A stretch of 64,000 nucleotides of DNA, from positions 561,391-625,390 of the forward strand of contig CACILL010000001.1 of NCBI GenBank assembly GCA_902587545.1, given 5' to 3'. Position 1 is the first letter of the stretch. Each line of letters starts with the position of its first letter. The position numbers were made by a program, and so were the translations under genes. This DNA comes from an uncultured SAR86 cluster bacterium (GTDB lineage: Bacteria; Pseudomonadota; Gammaproteobacteria; Magnimaribacterales; AG-339-G14). The notes beneath the pieces were generated by a model. The model had not been told where the DNA came from. It did no database searches and saw nothing but the letters and a program-made list of their open reading frames with translations. Shown here piece by piece: positions 46,172 to 54,966 of this stretch.

Positions 46172-47511
46172 TAGGAAATATTTAGAATCTCTTTAAGATA
46201 ATTTATAGAAATATTTCCCTCAACAAAGTTTTTTTCATGAAAGATCTTATCGTGCAGATCAGTATTGGTATCAATTCCTTCTATGTACATTTCTTCAAGA
46301 GCCACTCTCATTTTTCTAATAGCATCCAATCGATCCTTGGAGTGTGAACAAATCTTAGCAACCAAGGCATCATAATACTGTGGGACTTTATACCCCGAAT
46401 ATAAGTGTGAGTCGGTTCTGATTCTAAATCCACCTGGCGGATGAAATTCTGTAACCAAACCTGGCGAAGGAATAAAGGTCTCAGAATGTTCGGCATTTAT
46501 CCTGCATTCGATTGCGTGGCCTCGACAATTTATCTCTTCTTGAGAAAACCTTATTTCTTCACCTGCCGCAATTTTTATTTGTAACTTTACTAAGTCTATT
46601 CCAGTAATCATTTCGGTAATGGTATGTTCTACTTGAAGACGTGTATTCATTTCAATAAAATAAAATTCTCCATTTTCGTAGAGAAACTCAAAAGTTCCCA
46701 AGCCTTTATAATTAAGTTTTTTACAAGTATCCACTGCAACTTGCCTAATCTCTTGTAATTTTTCTTCCGGTATTCCAAAAGCTGGCGCTTCTTCAATAAT
46801 CTTTTGATTTTTTCTTTGGATGGAACAATCTCTTTCAAAAAAATGAATTACATTTCCTGCATTATCTGCAGCTATTTGAATTTCAACATGTCTCGGGGAG
46901 GTTAAAAATTTTTCTAAATAAATTTCATCGCTTCCAAAACTGTTTAAAGCCTCTCTCTGTGTAAGTTGTAGCTTGTCAAGCAAATCAGTTTCTTCCTCAA
47001 CTATTTGAATGCCTTTACCACCTCCACCAGCAGCGGCTTTAATGATTACTGGATACCCAATGTTTCTAGCAATCTCCATTGTCTCTCTATTGGTTGCAGA
47101 AATTCTTCCTGTTCCTGGAACACATTGCATGCCTGAACTTGAAACAGCTTCTTTTGCTGAAATTTTATTTCCCATGATCTTAATACTTTCAGGGTCCGGA
47201 CCAATAAAAGTATATCCACTAGCTTGGACTTGTTCTGCGAAGTGATCATTTTCTGCTAAAAAGCCTACTCCAGGATGAATGGCATCACTGTCTGTCACTT
47301 CACAGGCACTTATAATTGCTGGGATATTTAAATAACTCTTTGCAGACTCTGCTGGCCCAATGCAAACAGATTCGTCTGCCATTTTTACGTGCTTTAAGTT
47401 CTTATCTGCTTCAGAGTAGATTGCAACTGTAGCAATTCCCATTTCCTTACAGGCTCTTAGAACTCTAAGAGCTACTTCTCCTCTGTTAGCAATGAGAATT
47501 TTTTTGAACAT
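46171..47511 (-). CDS. accC: Biotin carboxylase
   Basis: 446 aa ATP-grasp protein. [14 protein letters not shown] and [10 protein letters not shown] motifs. Confidence 0.96.
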   Translation of the reverse strand: MFKKILIANRGEVALRVLRACKEMGIATVAIYSEADKNLKHVKMADESVCIGPAESAKSYLNIPAIISACEVTDSDAIHPGVGFLAENDHFAEQVQASGYTFIGPDPESIKIMGNKISAKEAVSSSGMQCVPGTGRISATNRETMEIARNIGYPVIIKAAAGGGGKGIQIVEEETDLLDKLQLTQREALNSFGSDEIYLEKFLTSPRHVEIQIAADNAGNVIHFFERDCSIQRKNQKIIEEAPAFGIPEEKLQEIRQVAVDTCKKLNYKGLGTFEFLYENGEFYFIEMNTRLQVEHTITEMITGIDLVKLQIKIAAGEEIRFSQEEINCRGHAIECRINAEHSETFIPSPGLVTEFHPPGGFRIRTDSHLYSGYKVPQYYDALVAKICSHSKDRLDAIRKMRVALEEMYIEGIDTNTDLHDKIFHEKNFVEGNISINYLKEILNIS

Positions 47512-47982
47512 TTACTCTATTACAAATAAAGGTTGACCAAACTCAACTGGTTCAGCGTTTTCAATGAGAACTTGCTTGATAGTTCCAGAAGAGTCCGCTT
47601 TTACTTCATTCATCATTTTCATAGCCTCAATGATACAAAGAACATCTCCCTCTGAAATTTTGTCGCCAACTGATACAAAGTCTTTTGCTCCTGGATTTGG
47701 CGCTGCATAAAAAGTTCCAACCATTGGAGAGTCAATGGTTTGTCCAGATATCGTTTCATCTTCAGCTGATTGACTAGTATCTGAATCTGCAGGAACATTT
47801 TCATTCTCAACTGCTGGCTGTGGAGCAGGGGCAACAGCATTGGATGTCACAATTTGTTCTTGAACAGGAATAGAAATTGCTTTGACTAGCTTTACCGATT
47901 CCTCTCCTTCTTTAATTTCTATTTCATTGAGTTGTGACTCTTCTAACATTTCTATTAGTTTTTTTACTTTTCTAATATCCAT
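47512..47982 (-). CDS. accB: Biotin carboxyl carrier protein
   Basis: 156 aa. Biotinyl-Lys motif [17 protein letters not shown] upstream. Confidence 0.93.
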   Translation of the reverse strand: MDIRKVKKLIEMLEESQLNEIEIKEGEESVKLVKAISIPVQEQIVTSNAVAPAPQPAVENENVPADSDTSQSAEDETISGQTIDSPMVGTFYAAPNPGAKDFVSVGDKISEGDVLCIIEAMKMMNEVKADSSGTIKQVLIENAEPVEFGQPLFVIE

Positions 47983-47994
47983 AGTTTCTCCTTT

Positions 47995-48429
47995 TTAAAA
48001 TCTTTCTATTGCCAGTTCTAGAGCAGCTTTGTATCCCTGCTCACCAAAACCAGAAATTATGCCAACAGCTATGTCAGAAAAATAAGATTTTTCTCTGAAA
48101 GCTTCTCTATTGAAAATATTGCTTATATGAATTTCTATAAGCGGAATGTCTACACCAAGAATAGCATCTCTCAGAGCAACGCTAGTATGCGTGAAAGCTC
48201 CTGGATTAAACAAAATACATGAAACATTTTCTTCCTTCCCTGCTTGAATTCTATCTACAAGTTCATGTTCTGCATTGCTTTGAAACGTCTTCAGCTCAAC
48301 TTTGTTTTTTTTAGCAATTGCAATTAATTCTTTTTCTATTTGTTCTAAAGTATGTTCTCCATAGATATTTGTTTCTCGCTTACCAAGTAAATTAAGATTT
48401 GGCCCATTTAAAAGAAGAAAACTTTTCAT
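47995..48429 (-). CDS. aroQ: Type II 3-dehydroquinate dehydratase
   Basis: 144 aa. [13 protein letters not shown] and HISNIFNRE motifs. Confidence 0.93.
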   Translation of the reverse strand: MKSFLLLNGPNLNLLGKRETNIYGEHTLEQIEKELIAIAKKNKVELKTFQSNAEHELVDRIQAGKEENVSCILFNPGAFTHTSVALRDAILGVDIPLIEIHISNIFNREAFREKSYFSDIAVGIISGFGEQGYKAALELAIERF

Positions 48430-48450
48430 TTCTTAGATTTTAGCCGAAAT

Positions 48451-48888
48451 TTAATCGATTTTCACAGAAGATATGCTTTTTTTATCGTATTTTATAACGA
48501 TATTTTTCATTTTGCTGGGATAGCAAACCTTATTTTTATAACAACCTTGATAGTTTAAGCTTATTTTTTCTTCATCTTCGGAAGCAAATTTTATTTTAAA
48601 GTCAGAATCAACAATTTCAATCAAACCAAAAAATACATCTTCTTTTTCTTCCTTCTTGCCGAGGAACTTAAAATTTATATTTGAATCTTTTGAGTCTTTT
48701 AAAATGATCTTATCTAAATATATATAGGTTGCAGGTGCCAATTTAAAACTTACTAAAATACTTTGATTTTCTATGTCCGTAGAAAGTGTGAAAGCTTCTT
48801 CAGTAGAAGGAATAAAATTATTTGAGTCAAAAATTTGCGCATAACTCAGGAGAGAAAAAAAGCTAACTATAATTAATTTTTTTTTCAT
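48451..48888 (-). CDS. Stand-alone periplasmic DsbD N-terminal (alpha) domain protein
   Basis: 145 aa. Signal peptide MKKKLIIVSFFSLLSYA. FIPSTEEAFTLS...YIYLDKI, EDVFFG and YQGCYKNKVCYPS align with E. coli DsbD-alpha FVPADQAFAFD...YLYRKQI, EDEFYG and YQGCADAGFCYPP, including both redox Cys. Confidence 0.75.
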   Translation of the reverse strand: MKKKLIIVSFFSLLSYAQIFDSNNFIPSTEEAFTLSTDIENQSILVSFKLAPATYIYLDKIILKDSKDSNINFKFLGKKEEKEDVFFGLIEIVDSDFKIKFASEDEEKISLNYQGCYKNKVCYPSKMKNIVIKYDKKSISSVKID

Positions 48889-48902
48889 GTAATCTTCTTT
48901 AT

Positions 48903-50483
48903 ATGAATATTTTGGAAGTAAAAAATCTCTCCATTTATTTTAATACAAATAAAGAAAATAAAATTTTAGCAGCCTCGAATATTAATTTTTCCATTTCAAA
49001 GGGCGAAACACTTTCTATTGTTGGAGAATCTGGTTCTGGGAAAAGTATTATTGGCTTGTCAATCATGAAGTTACTTCCTTACCCTTTGGCTGGTCATGGA
49101 TCAGAAAGCAAGATCCTCTTTAAAGGCGAAGACATGCTTCAAAAATCAAAGTTACAAATGCGTAAGTTGCGAGGAAAAAAAATATCAATGATTTTTCAAG
49201 AACCCATGACTTCTTTAAATCCCTTTTTGAAATGTGGAGAACAAATCAAAGAGAGTATTTTCTCAAGTTCTACTAGTCTTGATAGAAAAAGTCGAGTTAT
49301 GGAGCTTCTAGAAGAAGTTGAATTTGAAGATCCAGAAAAAATCTTTAACTCCTATCCTCACCAAATTTCAGGAGGCCAAAGACAAAGAGTCATGATTGCA
49401 ATGGCTATATCAAATGAACCAGATTTATTAATTGCCGACGAACCCACCACAGCTCTCGATGTAAGCGTTGAGCAAAGTTTATTAGTGTTATTAAAAAAAA
49501 TACAAAAAAAAATGGGGATGAGCATTATTTTCATTTCTCATGATCTGAATATTGTAAGAAAAATATCAGATAGAGTTTTAGTTATGCAAAAAGGGGAGAT
49601 AAAGGAAGAAAACTCCATGAATGAAATTTTTCAAAATCCTAAGGATCCATATACACAGAGATTAATGAATTCTTCCCCTGAACCCAAACTAGGGACTAAA
49701 GATCTTAATGATGAAATTCTAAAAATTTCTTCTTTAAATTTAACTTACTCAAAAAGAGACTTTATTGGTAGAACATCTAATTTTTCTGCTCTCAAGAACA
49801 TCAATTTGTCTCTTAAAGAAAATTCTGCACTTGGCTTAGTAGGCGAATCTGGATCAGGGAAGTCGTCTTTGGCGAGATCGATTTTAGGAATTGAAAAATT
49901 CTCTGGAAAAATATTCTTCAAAGATAAAAATATTTTGAATTACAACAATAAAGAAAAAAAACTTTTCAAAAAAAATTGTCAGCTTGTTTTTCAAGATCCT
50001 TTTAGCTCTCTTTCGCCAAGACAAAGAATATTCGATATTGTTAAAGAGGGGCTTGATATTCACGAATCTTCCTTGAACCTCCTGCAAAAAAAAGAAAAAG
50101 TTTTAAAAGTTCTCGAAGACGTAAAAATGGATGAAAGTTGTCTTACAAAATTTCCACATGAGTTTTCCGGCGGACAAAGACAAAGAATTGCCCTGGCAAA
50201 AGTGTTAATTTTGGAACCAGAGTTTCTCATTTTAGACGAACCAACCTCAGCACTTGATATTTCCATTCAAAAGGAAATTATCAACCTTTTATTAGATTTG
50301 CAGTCAAAAAGGGGATTGAGTTATTTACTGATTAGTCATGATCTAAAAGTCATTAACGCTATTGCAGATGAAATAGTTGTTTTAAAGTCAGGTAAAATAG
50401 TTGAACAAGGTAAGCGCGATGATATTTTTTATAATGCCAAAGAACAGTATACGAAATCGTTAATCCACGCAGCTTACAACTAG
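48903..50483 (+). CDS. Duplicated-ATPase ABC protein of the oligopeptide/YejF-GsiA type
   Basis: 526 aa. Two complete NBDs (GESGSGKS twice, LSGGQRQR twice). No permease or binding-protein gene adjacent. Confidence 0.88.
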   Translation: MNILEVKNLSIYFNTNKENKILAASNINFSISKGETLSIVGESGSGKSIIGLSIMKLLPYPLAGHGSESKILFKGEDMLQKSKLQMRKLRGKKISMIFQEPMTSLNPFLKCGEQIKESIFSSSTSLDRKSRVMELLEEVEFEDPEKIFNSYPHQISGGQRQRVMIAMAISNEPDLLIADEPTTALDVSVEQSLLVLLKKIQKKMGMSIIFISHDLNIVRKISDRVLVMQKGEIKEENSMNEIFQNPKDPYTQRLMNSSPEPKLGTKDLNDEILKISSLNLTYSKRDFIGRTSNFSALKNINLSLKENSALGLVGESGSGKSSLARSILGIEKFSGKIFFKDKNILNYNNKEKKLFKKNCQLVFQDPFSSLSPRQRIFDIVKEGLDIHESSLNLLQKKEKVLKVLEDVKMDESCLTKFPHEFSGGQRQRIALAKVLILEPEFLILDEPTSALDISIQKEIINLLLDLQSKRGLSYLLISHDLKVINAIADEIVVLKSGKIVEQGKRDDIFYNAKEQYTKSLIHAAYN

Positions 50484-50490
50484 CTTTTAT

Positions 50491-52161
50491 ATGACGAAAA
50501 TAAATAAACGAAAACATTCAGCTCCACTGGTTGATGGTCCTGAACAAGCTCCATCAAGATCAATGCTGAGAGCTGCTGGTTTTGAAGATGATGATTTTAG
50601 AAGACCTCAAGTTGGGGTTGCTTCTACGTGGTCTAACGTAACGCCGTGCAATATGCACATCAACGATCTTGCATCATTGGTTTGCGATTCAATTGATCAA
50701 GAAGACTTGAAGGCAGTTTTATTTAATACCATCACAATTTCTGATGGAATCTCAATGGGAACTTTAGGCATGAGATATTCATTAGTTTCAAGAGAAGTCA
50801 TCGCTGACTCAATAGAGACAGTAGTCGGTTGTCAGTCCTTTGATGGTGTCGTTGCAATCGGGGGCTGTGACAAAAACATGCCAGGTTGTTTAATTGGCTT
50901 AGCGCGATTAAATCGACCATCTATTTTTGTTTATGGTGGCTCAATTAGGCCTGGAGCAAACCATACAGATTTGGTCACAGTGATGGAAGGAGTCGGAAGT
51001 TTTTCAAGCAATAAAATTTCCGAAGAGGAATTAATTGCGATAGAAAAAACAGCTCTACCCGGACCTGGCTCTTGTGGAGGCATGTATACCGCTAACACTA
51101 TGGCTTCCGCGATTGAAGCTTTAGGTATGAGCTTACCTGGAAGCAGTTCACAAGACGCAGTTTCGACAGATAAACAAGAAGACTGTAAGAAAATTGGTAA
51201 TGCGATCAACAACCTTCTTGAAAAAGATATCAAGCCCACAGACATTATGACTAGAGAGGCTTTTGAAAATGCTATTCGTGTTGTTATCGCTTTGGGTGGA
51301 TCAACCAATGCAGTACTTCATTTGTTAGCAATGGCAAAAAGCGTAGATATTCCTTTGAATATTGATGATTTTGAAAAAATTGGCAAAACCAGTCCATTAT
51401 TGGCTGACTTAAGACCTTCAGGACATTTTCTTATGTCTGAGTTGAATGAGATTGGCGGTATACAACCTTTGATGAAAACTCTTTTTGATGCCAATCTTCT
51501 GCATGGCGATACATTGACAGTAACAGGTAAAACCATGGCTGAAAATTTAAGCGATGTTAAACCTTATCCAGAAAAGCAAAAAATTATAATGCCTTTGGAT
51601 AAGCCCATAAAGAAAGACAGTCACTTGAAAATCTTAAAAGGAAACCTTGCTAGTGAGGGAGCTGTTGCGAAAATCACTGGGAAAGAAGGACATAGTTTTT
51701 CAGGCTCAGCTCGAGTTTTTAATTCTGAAGAAGAAACCTTAGATGCTATTTATGGTTCAAAGATTCAAGAAGGCGATGTAATTGTTGTTAGATATGAAGG
51801 GCCTGTTGGCGGGCCAGGCATGAGAGAAATGCTAAAACCAACCTCAGCCATCATGGGTCAAGGTCTCGGCGATAAGGTAGCTTTTATTACCGATGGAAGA
51901 TTTTCTGGAGGCTCTCATGGTTTTGTAGTCGGTCATGTAACGCCTGAAGCTGCTAAAGGAGGGCTGATAGGTCTTTTAGAAGATGGTGATAAAATTACTA
52001 TAGATGCCTTAAAAGGAACAATTGATGCAGATTTATCACTAAAAGAAATCGAAGAAAGAAAGAAAAATTGGAAAAATCCGAAACCAGTGCCAAAAAAGGG
52101 TGTTTTGGCAAAATATGCCAAGACAGTTCAATCGGCTTCTGAAGGAGCGGTTACAGATTAA
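50491..52161 (+). CDS. ilvD: Dihydroxy-acid dehydratase
   Basis: 556 aa. CDKNMPG Fe-S ligand region and [13 protein letters not shown] motif. Confidence 0.95.
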   Translation: MTKINKRKHSAPLVDGPEQAPSRSMLRAAGFEDDDFRRPQVGVASTWSNVTPCNMHINDLASLVCDSIDQEDLKAVLFNTITISDGISMGTLGMRYSLVSREVIADSIETVVGCQSFDGVVAIGGCDKNMPGCLIGLARLNRPSIFVYGGSIRPGANHTDLVTVMEGVGSFSSNKISEEELIAIEKTALPGPGSCGGMYTANTMASAIEALGMSLPGSSSQDAVSTDKQEDCKKIGNAINNLLEKDIKPTDIMTREAFENAIRVVIALGGSTNAVLHLLAMAKSVDIPLNIDDFEKIGKTSPLLADLRPSGHFLMSELNEIGGIQPLMKTLFDANLLHGDTLTVTGKTMAENLSDVKPYPEKQKIIMPLDKPIKKDSHLKILKGNLASEGAVAKITGKEGHSFSGSARVFNSEEETLDAIYGSKIQEGDVIVVRYEGPVGGPGMREMLKPTSAIMGQGLGDKVAFITDGRFSGGSHGFVVGHVTPEAAKGGLIGLLEDGDKITIDALKGTIDADLSLKEIEERKKNWKNPKPVPKKGVLAKYAKTVQSASEGAVTD

Positions 52162-52189
52162 AAAAGCTTGTTTTATTTGAATACGCCCT

Positions 52190-52195
52190 CATAAT
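52190..52195 (+). promoter_or_regulatory. -10 box CATAAT, 6 nt before the trxA ATG (leaderless-type geometry)
   Basis: CATAAT-taaagt-ATG at 52190-52204. Possible -35 TTGTTT at 52168-52173 (16-nt spacer). No SD. Confidence 0.4.
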
Positions 52196-52201
52196 TAAAG
52201 T

Positions 52202-52525
52202 ATGTCTAAACCCATCGAATTAACAGATGAAAATTTAGAAGAAACTCTTTCTAGTTCTTCAGTACCAGTGCTAGTTGACTATTGGGCTGAATGGTGTGGA
52301 CCATGTAAAATGGTTGCTCCGGTCTTAGAAGAGCTCGCAGCGGAACTTGATGGCAAATTAACGATCGGCAAGGTTGATGTTGATTCCAATCGGGACTCAG
52401 CAGCCAAACAGAATGTGATGAGTATCCCTACTCTTATATTATTTAAGGATGGACAGCCAATTGATCAAAGAATTGGAGCTTTAACGAAAAATCAACTTCA
52501 AGAATTCATTAACGAACATATTTAA
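52202..52525 (+). CDS. trxA: Thioredoxin
   Basis: 107 aa. WAEWCGPCK active site. Conserved trxA-rho adjacency. Confidence 0.95.
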   Translation: MSKPIELTDENLEETLSSSSVPVLVDYWAEWCGPCKMVAPVLEELAAELDGKLTIGKVDVDSNRDSAAKQNVMSIPTLILFKDGQPIDQRIGALTKNQLQEFINEHI

Positions 52526-52550
52526 TACTCAAAAAAACTAGACTCATAAT
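52522..52550 (+). promoter_or_regulatory. Candidate rho promoter TTAATA-N17-CATAAT
   Basis: TTAATA at 52522-52527, a 17-nt spacer, CATAAT at 52545-52550. It would give a leader of about 70 nt upstream of the rho ATG (52627). Confidence 0.3.
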
Positions 52551-52626
52551 TTCTATAGTGGTACATTGCAGTCCTACTTCCAGTAGAAACACTCATAATC
52601 TTTAATTTATAAAACATTTAAAAAAA

Positions 52627-53889
52627 ATGCATTTAGGGGAACTTAAAGCAAAACCAGTCGAAGAATTACTCACGATCGCTGAGGGTATGGGTATTGAAAA
52701 CTTGTCTCGTCAAAAAAAACAAGACGTCATTTTTAATATTTTAAAAACTCATTCCAATGGTGGTGAAGATATTGAAGGTGAAGGAGTTCTAGAAATTTTA
52801 AACGATGGGTTTGGATTCTTAAGATCACCCTCGTCCTCTTATCTTGCCGGTCCCGATGATATATATGTCTCACCAAGTCAAATTAGAAGATTTGGTTTAA
52901 AAACAGGCGATTCTGTTTCTGGAAATATTAGACCTCCAAAAGATGGTGAAAGATATTTCGCTTTGCTCAAGATAGATCAAATAAATTTTGAACCTTCCGA
53001 CAAAACAAAAAATAAAGTTGCTTTTGAAAACCTCACTCCTTTATTTCCGGAAGAAAGAATCATCATGGAGTCTGGAAATGGAACCACTGAAGATCTTTCT
53101 GCAAGAATAATTGATTTGGTATCACCTACAGGAAAGGGTCAAAGAGGACTGATTGTCTCACCCCCAAAAGCTGGTAAAACTCTTTTAATGCAATCAATTG
53201 CACATTCTATAGAAAAGAACAGTCCTGAAAGTAAATTGATGGTCTTGCTTGTTGACGAAAGACCGGAAGAAGTTACAGATATGAAAAGGTCTGTTAGGGG
53301 AGAAGTTGTTGCAAGTACTTTTGATGAGCCTCCTTCTCGACATGTACAAGTTGCAGAAATGGTGATTGCTAAAGCCAAAAGACTCGTCGAAAAGAAACAC
53401 GACGTTATAATTTTACTCGATTCAATTACCAGATTGGCAAGAGCTTACAATTCAACTCAAGCAGCTTCAGGAAAAATATTAACTGGAGGTGTAGATGCCA
53501 ATGCTTTGGAAAAACCAAAAAGATTTTTTGGAGCAGCCAGAAACATAGAAGGTGGCGGCAGCTTGACGATCATTGCAACAGCGTTAATTGATACTGGTTC
53601 AAGAATGGATGAGGTAATCTTTGAAGAATTTAAAGGTACCGGCAACCAAGAAATTCACTTGGACCGAGCTATTGCTGAAAAAAGAATCTTTCCTGCAATA
53701 AATATCCGTAGGTCAGGTACCAGAAGAGAAGAACTTATTACCGATGATGCAGAACTTGCAAGAATTAATATTTTGAGAAAACTCCTTCATGAGATGGAAG
53801 ATATTGATGCTACCGATTGGTTAATTGATAAGCTAAGCAAGCATAAAACCAACAGCGAATTCTTTGATTCTATGAAGAAAGGTAAGTAA
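52627..53889 (+). CDS. rho: Transcription termination factor Rho
   Basis: 420 aa. N-terminal RNA-binding domain (GFGFLR) and P-loop PPKAGKT. Confidence 0.97.
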   Translation: MHLGELKAKPVEELLTIAEGMGIENLSRQKKQDVIFNILKTHSNGGEDIEGEGVLEILNDGFGFLRSPSSSYLAGPDDIYVSPSQIRRFGLKTGDSVSGNIRPPKDGERYFALLKIDQINFEPSDKTKNKVAFENLTPLFPEERIIMESGNGTTEDLSARIIDLVSPTGKGQRGLIVSPPKAGKTLLMQSIAHSIEKNSPESKLMVLLVDERPEEVTDMKRSVRGEVVASTFDEPPSRHVQVAEMVIAKAKRLVEKKHDVIILLDSITRLARAYNSTQAASGKILTGGVDANALEKPKRFFGAARNIEGGGSLTIIATALIDTGSRMDEVIFEEFKGTGNQEIHLDRAIAEKRIFPAINIRRSGTRREELITDDAELARINILRKLLHEMEDIDATDWLIDKLSKHKTNSEFFDSMKKGK

Positions 53890-54451
53890 CCTCTGCTAAT
53901 ACGTAACTTTTTTTTCCTAAGCTTTTTTTCTTTTTCAAATTCAAAGATTCAGGAATTTCTAGATCTAATTTTTTTTCGAATTCAAAATAAATTTGTCCAT
54001 TTTTAGATAAGAGTTCTTTTTCTAAAATAGCAGCAAGCAAATCATGAATTAAATTTTTGTTAAATGGTGGATCTATGAAAATCAAATCGTATTTAGTTCT
54101 AGAATTGTTGTTTTGTATCCATTCCAAACACTCCGCACAAAAGAAATCGCAATCTGCTTTTTCACTCATTTCTAGATAAACATTTTTAATTTTTTGCAAG
54201 TACTCTTTATTTCTCTCTACAAAAGTTACTTTTTCAGCACCTCTTGAGTAAGCTTCAAAACCTAATGCACCTGTTCCAGAAAAAAGGTCCAGACAATACA
54301 TTTTTTTCAAATCCTGTCCCAGCCAATTAAACAATGTTTCTTTTGCTCTATCCGGAGTTGGTCTTAAATCATCATTCAGATCAAAGTAAATTTTCTTTCC
54401 TTTCCATTTTCCTCCAATGATTCTAATTTCTCCTTTTTTTTCTTTCTTCAT
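53870..54451 (-). CDS. rsmD: 16S rRNA m2G966 methyltransferase
   Basis: 193 aa. [25 protein letters not shown] and IFIDPPF motifs. Its 3' end overlaps the rho 3' end by 20 nt. Confidence 0.88.
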   Translation of the reverse strand: MKKEKKGEIRIIGGKWKGKKIYFDLNDDLRPTPDRAKETLFNWLGQDLKKMYCLDLFSGTGALGFEAYSRGAEKVTFVERNKEYLQKIKNVYLEMSEKADCDFFCAECLEWIQNNNSRTKYDLIFIDPPFNKNLIHDLLAAILEKELLSKNGQIYFEFEKKLDLEIPESLNLKKKKSLGKKSYVLAEVTYLSS

Positions 54452-54458
54452 ATCATTT

Positions 54459-54464
54459 ATGATA
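54459..54464 (-). promoter_or_regulatory. -10 box TATCAT, 7 nt before the rsmD ATG (minus strand)
   Basis: The minus strand reads TATCAT-aaatgat-ATG (54464 down to 54449); no SD. Confidence 0.35.
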
Positions 54465-54507
54465 TTACATGAGATAATTCAGTTTTAAATTTACCTGCTT
54501 ATTTACC

Positions 54508-54966
54508 TTGAAAGAAAAATTTCTAGAAGTTCTTAGAACAACAAAACAAAATGTTTTTGTTTTAGCTGCGGAAAATGGTGACCAGCGTCATGCAATGACT
54601 GTGTCATCGGTTTTTTCTGTATCTCTTGAACCAATGTCTATGGCAGTGAGTGTCAATCAAAGCGCAAGCCTGCATGATCTTTTGATGGAAGAAACTAAAT
54701 TCTCTTTGAATTTATTAACTGCTGATCAGGTAGATATCGCTGAAATATGCAGTGGTGCTGAAGAGGGACAAATTAGATTTAATCATCCTGACTGGAATCT
54801 AGAAAAGATTCCATATTTACAAAGCGCACAATCAAATTTATTTTGCACTTGTAAAAAAATAGTACCTTTGTATTCCCATTCTTTGGTAATAGGCGAAGTA
54901 GACGATATATTTCATTCAGGAAAAACAGATCCGCTGATCTATCAAGACGGTAAATATGAATCATAA
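54508..54966 (+). CDS. Flavin reductase-like domain protein
   Basis: 152 aa. TTG start (the next Met would truncate the domain). HAMTVSSVFSVSLEPMSMAVSV resembles the GMTVSSF.SVSL.PP core of the flavin reductase family. Confidence 0.72.
   Translation: MKEKFLEVLRTTKQNVFVLAAENGDQRHAMTVSSVFSVSLEPMSMAVSVNQSASLHDLLMEETKFSLNLLTADQVDIAEICSGAEEGQIRFNHPDWNLEKIPYLQSAQSNLFCTCKKIVPLYSHSLVIGEVDDIFHSGKTDPLIYQDGKYES

Noticed and set aside
49490-49512. A8-A9 homopolymer runs inside the ABC ATPase gene, with similar runs elsewhere (for example a T-run in bamD near 58181), considered as slipped-strand phase-variation switches.
   Set aside because: They encode Lys- or Phe-rich segments typical of an AT-rich genome. 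All reading frames are intact, and several are in essential genes.
50931-51308. Long antisense ORFs inside conserved genes: 125 aa in ilvD, 108 aa in fba (5243-5569), 101 aa in parC (25394-25699), 102 aa in mpl (31055-31363), 100 aa in mutM (18089-18391) and 99 aa in parE (23500-23799).
   Set aside because: All lie fully within well-supported genes on the opposite strand, mostly in locally GC-richer, Gly/Ala/Pro-rich segments where stop codons are scarce. They have low-complexity translations, no start-site signals and no family resemblance.
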